From positions 396,366,001-396,430,000 of the forward strand of contig OZ024740.1 in the NCBI GenBank assembly GCA_964016885.1: DNA of 64,000 bases. Direction: 5' to 3'. This DNA comes from Eledone cirrhosa (taxonomy: Eukaryota). Shown in pieces: positions 52,780 to 64,000 of this stretch (the first letter of the stretch is position 1; each line of letters begins with the position of its first letter). The translations under genes were made by a program, and so were the position numbers. Under the pieces are notes generated by a model that ran no database searches, was not told where the DNA came from, and saw only the letters and a list, made by a program, of their open reading frames with translations.

Positions 52780-54290
52780 TTCCAATATAATATGGAAGGA
52801 AGTAGAACGAAACTAATTTAATGATGCTATTGCACAGCTATATATATTTTCAGGAGTGTAGCAAAAGTTAAGAGGCTTGCATACATTCTGCAGCATGAAG
52901 ATCAGAGGCATGGGGAGTTAGACTGAATTGCAAAGAGTACGAAATGATAAAAATGCCAGCCAAGAAAACCCAATAGGGGATCAGTCATTGAAGGCTGTCC
53001 AGTTGAAAGTGTAATTAAAGATATGAAGTAACAGGACCATTGGATCTCTCAGTGAAAGAGGTATTACAGGGAGGTGTCACAACCAATGATAGGCCTAGCA
53101 GTATCATCAAGTACTACAAGAACAAAAGAAGTGCTCTAGAGTGAGTAAGGGTAACTACAGAGATAATTTGATAGAGTAGGTTATCAAAGTTACTGAAAGA
53201 GTTTTATAATGGCAAGAGAAAAAGTGATGTTGGGATTAATGGGAGCTTTATTAAGAGAATTAACCTAGATGAGAGGCTGTTTGGGTATATATCAAGACAG
53301 GCCACCACATATGCGTTTTTCCTAGCAAGACAAGAGAAGTTCTTAGGTAGCACTCTTTGACTCGGAGGCCTTCTTATACTTTGTAGCTTGGTGGTCATTA
53401 GGTGCCATCATTAAGGTTAGCAACAGTTCTGTCTCCACTTGTTTATTATTAGTCTTCCAAACCATAACAGAATTGGTTAAATCTGGTTGATAATGGGAAC
53501 TCTTGTATGTCAATGACAGTTCTTATTGCTAAATCTATTAAAGATTTAGAGTGGAAATTCTAAACTTAAGACTTGAGAGTCCTCAAATGAAATCTAGCAA
53601 AAACTAAAATTTTAGTTTGCTGGAGAGAGAGAGGGACCCTACTACAAATGAACCAAGAAGAAAAAAAAATTCCTTAAAATGCTTGGAGGGCTCCCTAGAG
53701 GTAGTTGATATTTGTTAGTTAAGTGGCCTAATTAGCAGATATGAAAGCCTATTTGCCATAAAATGGGGCAAAAATAGTTGAAGCTATTACTACTGTTAGC
53801 AGCAAAAGGATTCTCTCTTGAGTGAAGGCCAGATTGTATGATGCATGTGTAAGAAGTGCAAGGCAGCACAGTAGTAAGATACTGGTTTTGAATACAGAAG
53901 ATTTTCAAAGGTTTGGAAGAAACAAGGAAAGGATGCTCCAGTGCATATGTAATATTAGGGTGCTTTAATACCAGAGCACAAATGAACCAAGAAGAAAAAT
54001 AACTGTATAAAAGCAATCATGTATAGAGTGCAAAGAATATGATGTATATGAAAGATGTCAGTTTTATAAAGAAACCCCAAGTGTTCCAAATGGATGGAAC
54101 CTATGGAAGAGAGAGACTAAAGAAGACATGGGATGAAATGATGAAGACTGATCACAAGAGATTGAACTCACAAAGGAGATGACAAAAGAATGTGACCAGC
54201 TGCAAAACACTGGGCTGGAAAAGACTTGCCTGATCCATGCAAGCATGGAAAAACCTATGTGGATGAAAAAAGAACACGGGCAGTAATGGA
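52780..54290 (+). pseudogene. Highly degraded RTE LINE
   Basis: Patchy similarity (WELL, LAAKGFSL, RLYDAC) and RTE-type tail near 54230-54270. Confidence 0.6.
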
Positions 54291-55744
54291 GATTAAGATG
54301 TATATTTGCAGTTATGTTCATATTAAGTTTCCATTTAATGCTCTCCACCTCTTTGTTACTTTTCCATTAATCACCCACCTATTTCTGTCTCATCTTGTAT
54401 AAAAAAGATTGGCATTACATTGGATCTATGTATTCATTCCACTTCTTACCATCACCCTACTTTATTGCTAGCAATCATTCTCCCATTAATCCCTCCATCA
54501 CTCTCACCATTAGCCACCTTTATTGCTGTTCACCACTAAATTTTTCACATTATTCCTTCTATTACTCATTGATATCCATCAAGCACTTCTGTTACTCCTA
54601 TCATCACCTTGTTTCTCTCTCATCATGTCATTTATGTTGTTTCTATTCAATCTCCTTACCAACTACCATCATGCAGCTGTCTAGCGCTCTTTCTTTTTCC
54701 CATTATTTTCTATCACCTTGTCACTGGTTCTTTTCCCACCCAGTTGTGTGAGAAAGAAGGAAATAGAAAATGCATGGAAGAGAACTTTCTTTAATCTTGC
54801 TAGGGAAGATATGACCTACTGGTGAGAAAACAAATGGAGACAATGTAGGGTAGAGAAGATTTGGTTCATGTTGGAGACAAAACAACATCTCTTGTACTTG
54901 TGACATGATAAATTGCACTAACTACAGTGGTTGTTGATTGGAAGAGGAACTAGGTATATAAACCATGACAAAATTGGAATGTGCGAAGAAAACAGTTCCA
55001 ACCAGTCTAGAAAGGAATTAATTCTGAATAAGACCCAACTTTGACCATGGAAACCAGTCCAGCAAGGAAGAGCTGACACACCATGATGATAAACTAAATA
55101 TTAAGTATAAAATTATAGCCGCATGACTAAAATAATGTTGCTCCATTTAAGTAAACAAAACAATACTCTATTTTCAAATAATACAGCTGTGTATAGTCAG
55201 AGTAAATGTATGAATAAAGTAAAGCAAATGTTACCAATGCTATATTAAAACATACTCAAAAGTGTTTCAGATTAGCATCCAGTTTACATTAACATTCATC
55301 TTTTTTGTTACCATATTCCTAATAAAATTAACTGAATATGATTTTCAAATAATTTTGAATGTAAAGGATTTGGAGGGATTTAGTAATGTAACTTCCTTAT
55401 ATAAATTTGTAATGGAAGGTTTTTTTGATAAATATATTCATTTCAAAATAAACAGTTATGTAATGTAAAACCTAAGGCAGTTTCATGTGCTTTAATATCA
55501 AAGTGGTCAACTATACTATAGATACCAAGTTAAATTCTAAACTACTAAATCCACTTAACTTTAAGTACCACAAGAGCAACTTATTATAAAGAGATATTTT
55601 ATTTATGTTTAGTATTATGCTCAAATGCTCCAACAAGTTTCATTTGGAGTACAATAAGCTCTATTAAGCCAATTTGCCAAGATATACTAATAATTATTGA
55701 CATGCATATGATTATGTAACATTAAAATTTGAATTGCCAATAGT

Positions 55745-58665
55745 ATGATCATAAAGCAATCAAAGAAATGAAGGTAGGGAAGGCAGCTGGGTCATCAGGT
55801 ATAGTCACTAAGATGCTTCAAATATCTGGCATGGTAGGGTATATGTTAATCACACATAATCGGCTAGTACAAAATGGTGTCATACCCAATAACTGGTATA
55901 GCAGCATTATTATCAATTGTTATAAAGTCAAAGGTAGAAAGAGTTACAGCCTAGCTGATTAGAGACAGAATTAACACAGCTGAGGTGTAGTTTGTACTAC
56001 GAAGAGGTACTTCTACTGCACTCTTCTTATGAGAAATACATAGCCAGGAGAAAGCCTTTGACAGAGTTCCACGTGCAGTAATCTGGTGGGCTCTTAGAAA
56101 ACTAGGAGTAGATGAATGGCTTGTGAAAGCGGTACAAGCCATGTATAGGGGAGCAGTCAGCAAAGTTAGGATTAGCAATGAGTATAGCGAGGAATTTAGC
56201 GTACAGGTTGGGGTCCACCAGGGCTCTGTTCTTAGCCCTCTCCTGTTCATCATAGTCCTGCAGGCAATAACGGAGGAGTTTAAGACCGGATGCCCATGGG
56301 AACTCCTGTATGCTGATGACCTCGCACTCATAGCTGAATCTATGGTAGAACTAGAGAATAAATTCCAAACCTGGAAGCAGGGACTAGAGAGAAAGGGCCT
56401 CAAAGTCAACATGACAAAGACTAAGGTCCTTGTAAGTAGACGAGAAAACAGAACCCAGATCCCCTCAGGGAAATGGCCTTGCTCAGTATGTAGGAAAGGT
56501 GTAGGTAGGAACTCCATTCTCTGCCCCAAATGCAAACAATGGGTACACAAGAGATGTAGCGGGATCTCGGGAAGCTTAATTAAGAATGTAGGATTCACAT
56601 GCAGCAGCTGTGCTGAAACAGCAAGCAAACAGCCACAGGAAACAAGTAACACCAATCTCTGGGAGGGCCCTGTAGAAACAGTAGACAGCTTCTGCTACCT
56701 AGGTGACCGAATTAGCAACGGAGGTGGGTGCTCAGAAAGTACAATAACTAGGGTAAGAACGGGATGGAAGAAGTTTAGGGAACTACTACCACTGCTAGCT
56801 GCAAAAGGCTTCTCCCTCAGAATGAAAGGCAGACTGTATAATGCGTGTATCCGAACAGCGATGTTGCATGGTAGTGAGACCTGGGCGCTGAAGGTGAAAG
56901 ACTTACGTAGATTAGAGAGAAACGAAGCCTGCATGCTCCGATGGATGTGTAACAGTAATATACGTGAACGACAAAGCATAAAGGAATTGAGAGAGAGACT
57001 GAGCATAAGAGGAATCAAATGCTGCGTGCAGGAGAGGCGGTTACGCTGGTATGGACATGTGATGCGTATGAAGGATGACAGCTGCATAAAAAGGTGCAGA
57101 GCACTAGAAGTTGATGGAAACCGTGGAGTGGGGAGACCCAAGATGACTTGGGATGAGGTGATAAAAGCCGACCTTACCCAACTACACCTCTCAAAGACAA
57201 TGACACACGACCGTGACTTCTGGCGTCACGCAGTAATACAGGGTACCCGACCTTCCATGGGTACATGCTGAAGCATATAAACAATATGCCCCCACTCCCC
57301 CCACCGCAAGGTGGTCGTGGAGGTGCCACGGCAAAAAAGCACCCAGCCCACACTGTAAAGTGGACGTGTAGGCGCCACGAAAAAGCACCTAGCACTCACT
57401 GTAAATGAGGTTGGTGTTAGGAAGGGCATCCAGCTGTAGAAATCAAGCCAGATCAGTTCCTGTATGAGCAAGGCATGGTCAGCCGACCAGACACTGCCCA
57501 CAACAGGACAACCCGTCTAACCCATGCTAGCGTGGAAGAACGGACGTAAAACGGTGATGATGATGATGATAGCCAGGCATAAGCCTCTTTGCCTAGAATT
57601 GACTTGGAAACAGCTTTTGACAGGCTATCACATTCTAATCTGCTGGGTGTTTAGGAAACTGGGGGTGGATTGTCAATTCAAGTTGAGGATTTACAATGAG
57701 TAGTGAAGACGTTAGTGTTTAGGTGTTAGGCCTTAGCTCCCTTATATTAATTATAGTCAGCAAGACCTTTACAAGAGTTTAAAACTGGCTGCTCATGGGA
57801 ACTCTTGTATGTTGATGACCTAGTTCTCATAACTGAATCTGTAGTAATGCTGAAGAAACTCCTGACATGGAAAGTCTTCAATGTAAAATTAGCAAAAGTA
57901 AAATTTTAAGTAGCAAAGAATACAGGTCCTTGTTACCACCAGAGAAATGGCCCAGCTCAATATGTAGAAAAAGAGTAGGGAGGAGTTCCATACTGTGTAA
58001 ATTATGGACATACGAGATGTAGTAGGATCATAAGCAGACTAACAAAGAATGCAGGCTTCGTGTGTGATAAATGCTCTTGAGCAATAAGTACTAAGAGCAC
58101 ATGAGAAATAGACTCAAATGCCCAACCAGCTCTATAGAAGTAGGTGACCTAATTTGTGGAGGAGGTGGGTGTCTTGAAATGTAGCAGCTTGAATAAAAAC
58201 TGGAAGTTCAGGGAGCCATTAACTCTGCTGGCAACAAAGCAACTCCCAGAGTAAAGACCAGATTGTACAATGCTGCATGTTAGTGAGACATGGGTTATGT
58301 ATTCAGAGCATTTGCAGTGACTAGAATGAAGTATGATCTAGTGGCTGTGTATTATTAGTATGCATAAATGCTGAAACACAAATGAGTTGAGAAAAACTAG
58401 GTATAGGAAAAAAAAAAAAGATATAGTGTGCAAGAGAAGATTGTGCTGGTATGGTCATGTGAGGTTTATGGAATAAGGCAGCTATATAAAGAAATGCAGG
58501 GCACTCAAAGTGGCTGGAACCCAAGGAAAAGATGAAGTGGTGAAGAATGAACTCAAAAAGCTAAACCTCACAACAAAGATGAGGAATTGTGATGATGACT
58601 GGCAACATGCAATGTAGAAGACCTGCTTTCCTATGCAAGAATGGAGAAACGAACACTAAAATTGT
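55745..58665 (+). pseudogene. Old degraded RTE LINE, split by the younger RTE insertion
   Basis: MKVGKAAGSSGIV..NCYK..EKYIAR upstream continues as HKPL..AFDR..KTGCSWELLYVDD downstream of 57570; many frameshifts. Confidence 0.85.
56049..57570 (+). mobile_element. 5'-truncated RTE LINE, diverged sister subfamily (ORF open, 382 aa called at 56123..57271, PHD finger retained)
   Basis: RT motifs LLYADD, FCYLG, RLRWYGHVMR; structured 3' UTR; (GAT)n tail; duplication ATAGCCAGG at 56040-56048 and 57569-57577. Confidence 0.92.
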
Positions 58666-59952
58666 AGTAGTCAGAAACTGGGAGGTACATCTGCATATGA
58701 GTCTCCTGCCCAATATGTCCCTAAGTTATTTGCTACCCACATCCTTGTTTATATGATCTCGCATTTCTATCATTCACTGCACTATACTGCCAATGTAATC
58801 TAATGATGTATTTGGGTTGATCTAACAATTTGCACCCTATGATGCACTCCTATCCATTCTATTTGCTCCAAAAGTGAATATCTTAGTTCTGCCCATATTC
58901 AACCCCTTCTTTGGATATTTATGAGCATCAGATCCCCTTCCACTCATACATTGCACTACTGTACTTTCTATACTGCCAGCCATCCTCCACTCTTTTCAAC
59001 GACACTTCATTGCCATACCCCTCTTCTCACTACACTGTCTTTTTGCCTTCCCATCACTTCTCCCACCATACTCATTCATTCAGCCTGACCCTTCTATCCA
59101 CTCTCCCAGTCATGTTGCTTTGATTGAACAGCAACAATAGAGTAGTGAGTACCTTTTTTTAAAGTGGTAGCTCCTGAACAGAGACCATGTAAAGTCAAGA
59201 GGACCCTTTAGTCTTGTTGAGGTGCCACTATAAAAAGCACCCTGTACATTCTAGAATGATTGGCATTAGGAAGGGCATCCACCAAAAATGGAACATACGG
59301 GGAAGACAAGGTTCTCCAACCCACCCAGTCTCAAACCGTCCAGCCCATTCAGTATGACAAACGAATGTAAAATGATGACAAAAAGCATTTTTATGTTTGA
59401 TTTTCCATGTTAGCATGAGCTGAAGAAGGCTTTTTTGAGGCAGTGTTTTTATAACTGGTTGCCATTCCTGATGCCAACCCATTATTTTCGGAGTATGGTA
59501 TATACCACCCCTTTGTTGAACTCGTTAGCAGCAGAACTTTCTTGCCATAAACTGTCGATATGAAGATGTAGAGATAGGTACACATGCACTGTGTGTGTGT
59601 GTATATATATATACACACACACACAATAATAATTGAAGTATGAAGTAGAAGGCAATTATACTTCACATTTTATTTATTATGTAACAGCTGTTATACATAT
59701 TTCCATGGTATCTGTTACATAATTTTAAACATTCAGATAAGATTCCGTCAAAGAGCTCTCTCCTGTATAAATTTTAATGGTATAATTTGGTGATATATCA
59801 ACCAGAAAGCTTTCAGTGTTGATTGTCCAATACCCATTTGATATATGGTGTTCATGCATACAAGTGAGCTGCAATTGTATCTGAAAGTTTAAAGTGACTT
59901 AACAGATACCGTAGAAATAAATAAAATTATTATACCAATACTTCAATACTAA

Positions 59953-60140
59953 AGGGCGGTGGATTGGCAGTATCAGTAGAGGGTCGGCCGCCATGCTTTG
60001 CAGCAAAGAGTTACGGCCCTCACGGTCTGAGTTCAAATCCCGAGGTTAACTTTGCCTTTCATCCTTATGGGGTCGATAAAATAAAGTACCAGTAATACAC
60101 TGGAATAATTGCTGGCCTTGTGCCAAAAGTAGAAACAATT
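59953..60140 (+). mobile_element. Second full copy of the Nin/Deu-type SINE
   Basis: Near-identical to 22614-22805; flanked by repeated AATTATTATACCAATACT (probable TSD). Confidence 0.8.
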
Positions 60141-60959
60141 ATTATACCAATACTCCAACATACACAGACCTGCATGATCCCATATACTGACAGAGAGTGG
60201 CTAATCCTGCTCATGCCAATGTTTGTGACAAACTAATCCCCGATTAATTAACACAACATAACCACAAATATATATATATAGTGTTTCTGTCAATTTCTAT
60301 CTATCAAATCAACACACAAAGCATTGGTCAGCCTAAGGCTATAATAGAAGATATGCCACACAATGGGATGGTAAGCATAAACAATGTGGTTGTCAAGTGA
60401 TCTTTCTTAACCACACATCTATGAATATGTATGTTGTGACATTCTTTAGGCTTGGCTATTAATTTGAACAATATTGTTTCTTTCATTTACTCACCCTTTC
60501 TCTTGATCAAATTTCAATGATTTTTAAAGTGTAATAAATGGTGTTCTCTATATGTTTAATAGGTGACAAATTAATACAGTTGGATAGAATGCTTTGTAGC
60601 GCTCGTTCAGGCTCTCTGAGTTTAAATCCTGCCATGGTGAGCTTTGCTTTTTACTCCGTTGGAGTTGATATTGTACCAGCCAAGTACCAAGATTGATTCT
60701 TCTTTCTCCCTCCACTCTGGAAGAAATGGATGTGTTCAAACCGAGGGAATGATGGGATCCACCAGGTTTAAAATTCTGGTGCTTTTTTGCCTGTTTCTCT
60801 TCTAAAGTCTTATCTCTTCTCCTCTACCGAGTTCATAACTTTGAAGTTATGAACTGTTGGAAAGGAGTTCAAACACGTTAGGACGAGTTATCTCGTTTGT
60901 GGCACTGGAATGTATACATGTTAGGACAAGTTATTTCATCTATGGCACTGAAGAAGTTA

Positions 60960-61630
60960 AAGCTGGCTGCCTGTGGGAACTCATATGCCAATGATCTAGT
61001 CCTCATTACTGAAACTGCAGCAGAACTAAAGAAATTCCAGACATGGAAGTAAAACCTGGAATGAAAAGGTCTCAGAGACAACCTAACATAAACCAAAGTC
61101 CTAATCAGTAAAAAAGAAAACAAGGCCCAGATTCCTTCAGGGAAATGTCTTTGCTCAGCATGCAGAAATTCCATCTTATGTACAAAATGTAAGCTTTGAG
61201 TACACATAGGATGTAGTGGGATTGCAAGCTGGCTAACAAAGAATGTAGACTTTGCATGTAGCCAATGCACAGGAACAGTAAGCAATGAGAGCATGCAGGA
61301 AACAAGGGCCCCTCAGAAATAGTCGACAATTTCTGTACCTAGGGGACCAAATTATCAGTGGGTGTTCTGAAAGTATAGTATCCATAGTATCCAGATTAAA
61401 TACTGGTTAGAAAAAGTCAAGAAGCTACTACCACTGAGAGTTACAAAGGTTATCTCCCTCAGAGTGAAAAGTAGACTGTATGATGCTTGCATGCAAACAG
61501 CAATGCTACATGGTAGTGAGACTTTGGCTTTGTGTATGGAGGACTTACAAAGATTGGAAAGAAATGAGGCAAGCATGCTCCGATGGATGTGTAATCGTAG
61601 TATACACGAGTGACAAAGTATCAATAAACT
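60960..61630 (+). pseudogene. Degraded RTE LINE RT/PHD fragment
   Basis: WELI, FQTWK, IPSGK, RCSG, RLYDAC..AMLHGSETLAL..LERNEASMLRWMC. Confidence 0.8.
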
Positions 61631-62749
61631 GATATTCTGTGATACGAGGAACTCGCTTTCCCACATAAGTGGAATGAATGCAGCAGAAGCAGGATGGCTA
61701 ATCCACAAACCAACCCTAACCCACCGCTACCATAAAGCCGAAAAAGCAGAGAAATGTTACAACACTGAAGTTCCATCTCCCACCTGCCAGTATATTGAAA
61801 TCCCTGCCAGCATGCACCCCGATACCTTTCTCCACCCTAAACCTGAAAAAGCAGAGAGATGGAATAACTCAGGTCCTCACCTGCCAATATACTTGTGACA
61901 CCTTCACCTAATCTATGCTAGGAGGAACCCTTGACCGATTCATTTTCCCTACTGAACCCTTGCGTTGACATTCATTTTCCCTACTAAACCCTTGCATCCC
62001 CCACACTCTTCTAACCTAGGAAAGCCTGGAACACCTCTAAATTGGACACCACCCACCAATCCTTTTAGACCTCTATGGGAAGTCAGACACTATTGCTGGA
62101 CCCCAACTTCAACCCCACCTCCCCAGCACAACCATATACAATAAACATCCTAGAACTGTAATGAAATAGTGTTGGTGCTACTACAAAAGCATCTAGTTCA
62201 CACTGTAAGGCAGCAGTGCTGGTGCTACTACAAAAAGCACTCAGTTCATTCTGTAAGGTGGTGGTGTTGGAATGATGATAAAATGCTCTTAGTATACTCA
62301 TCATCATTTTACGTCCATTCTCCCACACTAAAGTGGTTAGTGTTAGGAAGGGCATCCAGCCATAGAAACCAAGCCAACACAAAGCACCTGAGCTTAATCA
62401 CCTGACAAGTCTGACCTCAGCACGGGGCAGCCATCTAACCCATGCAAGCATGGAAAAATAGACATTAAACAGGGATGATAAACTCACACTGAAATATATT
62501 ATAATGGTACCTCTACAAATCCATCAAGAGTTCAATGCCCATATAAGGATGGATGATGTTTGAATATTTTAGTGAGGCTCAATTTATGATGAGTAACATC
62601 TCAAGTTACAGTTTACTGGAAATAAAGTGTCAATATTTAATTCATCAAGTTGCTTTATAAAAGGTAATTTCATTCAGCCATCAGTGGCTGACCACAATAA
62701 AAAAATAGAGCAGTTATACAACTTGACAGAATTTTAAAATGACTGATGA

Positions 62750-63715
62750 ATAGTGTGGTTTTTGCCCAAGACATAGCCGATCAAACATTCACATAGAAGC
62801 AGGTCTTTGAAAATACTGAGAGTACTGCCAAGAGGTGTATTCTTGCTTTGTAGACCTCAAAAAGGCATCTTGTTGCCCTGATGTCTATACAAATGCCTGA
62901 TTATTTGTGTTCAGATAATTGGTGCTAAAACAAAACCACTCAATGTGGGAGTTGGACTCCACCAAAAGTGCATACTGTCACCTCCTGTTCATTATCTTCA
63001 TGAACAGGATTGACATGCGCATCCAAGTTGGAAGTGGTATCATAACTGAAATTTGCAGAGGACATGGTATTAACTCGACAGAAGGTGATCTCCGACTTGC
63101 ACTTGATAAGTTTCTGTCGAGTGCTCTATGGCTAGAATGAAAAGGAAGCCTGCACAAAGCACTACATGTGAATGGAGTTCCACTGAAGCAGGTGGAGAAA
63201 TTCAAGTATCTCGGGGCCATGTTCACAAGTGATAGAAGGCATGAGGTGGAACTAAGTGCAAGAATTGCAGGAGTTGGTACAGTAATGCACCAGCTTCAGT
63301 AATTAGAAGACAAGGTATGTGTAAAAGCCAAACTTCAATTCGGTATTCATGTCTCCCCATACCTATGGTCCTGAATCTTGGGTAGTGACCGTAAGAATAC
63401 AAGTGGCCAAAATGGGATTCCTCCAAACAATCTTTGGAGTAACATTACTCAATAGAGTGCATAGCTCAGAGATCATAGCTCCAATATTACAGGTATATGG
63501 TTAGAATGTCTCAAGAAAGAATCACTGGACAGATTTTGCAGACAAAATCAACCAGCAGGAGACCAGGGGGTAGACCCCGAGTAAGATGGTTAGATAATAT
63601 CCATGAGCTAGGCTGATCTCACTTGGTGATCCAGCTGGAGATGGTTGCTTCTGACAGGACCTGCTGGAATTAGTGTTTGAGGACTGCCTCCATGAATAAG
63701 TGGGTGGAGAAGAAG
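62750..63715 (+). pseudogene. RT and 3' fragment of the second RTE-type family
   Basis: CFVDLKKA, LSPLLFIIFM, KQVEKFKYLG remnants. Confidence 0.75.
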
Positions 63716-64000
63716 AATATGAAATGATCAGACAATGATAATACTCCCGAAACTGTAAGCAAAAGAACTCAATATAGTAAACTAGGCATTCTTTTAGAAG
63801 AAGAATTTGACCATGTGGTGCTTAAAACAAATGACTATATGTAAAGGAGTAAAGGAAGGAAAGGGTTATAAATAAATTGAAGTGACAAATAAAATAGATA
63901 TAAAGAGGCTGATTGAAGACACTACACAATAGGTCAAAGTTTGAACCTGATATGATGATGACTTCAATTCATAATAGTAAGATAAAAGTATAGAAAATGA

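Noticed and set aside
57301-57410. Possible pistol or twister ribozyme, or CRISPR-like array, in the repeated 3' UTR units
   Set aside because: Pistol P2 and twister core consensus not seen; units are 1-2 copies without unique spacers and no cas genes; kept only as an unclassified structured module
59730-59880. Open minus-strand stretch after a cag acceptor, possible TMEM131 5' exon
   Set aside because: No homology or signal peptide and no convincing donor
60831-60960. 11-bp palindrome GTTCATAACTT/AAGTTATGAAC plus a piggyBac-like end with a short direct repeat
   Set aside because: Single end only with no partner terminus; probably a decayed DNA transposon fragment
61700-62100. C-rich region with short duplications (TTCATTTTCCCTACT.AACCCTTG x2)
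   Set aside because: Probably a decayed LINE 5' or low-complexity region; no supportable call

Overview
Eukaryotic, AT-rich, microsatellite-dense genomic DNA. The SINE/LINE repertoire points to a coleoid cephalopod, probably Octopus (inference). The window is spanned by one minus-strand multi-exon gene, TMEM131. I traced 35 GT-AG exons from 48116 down to 8537 that splice in continuous phase into 5256 nt (1752 codons); the start and stop exons were not found in the window. The introns and flanks hold many mobile elements: a full-length, apparently intact RTE-clade LINE (1084-aa APE-endonuclease + RT ORF, 35601-38855), two near-identical truncated copies, a diverged sister copy, older RTE/CR1 relics, tRNA-CORE and Nin/Deu-type SINEs, a piggyBac deletion derivative with its MITEs, a Helitron relic and a pogo/Tigger-like MITE. 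Most notable observations: (i) a C4HC3 PHD-type zinc finger inside the RT domain of the RTE family; (ii) a tandem, covarying pseudoknot+hairpin RNA module shared by the RTE 3' UTR and a CORE-SINE but absent from older RTE copies; (iii) a type I hammerhead ribozyme in the same sense as TMEM131; (iv) a perfect 213-bp inverted repeat; (v) a young RTE inserted at a nearly homologous position in an old RTE; (vi) a candidate 42-nt poison exon in TMEM131.
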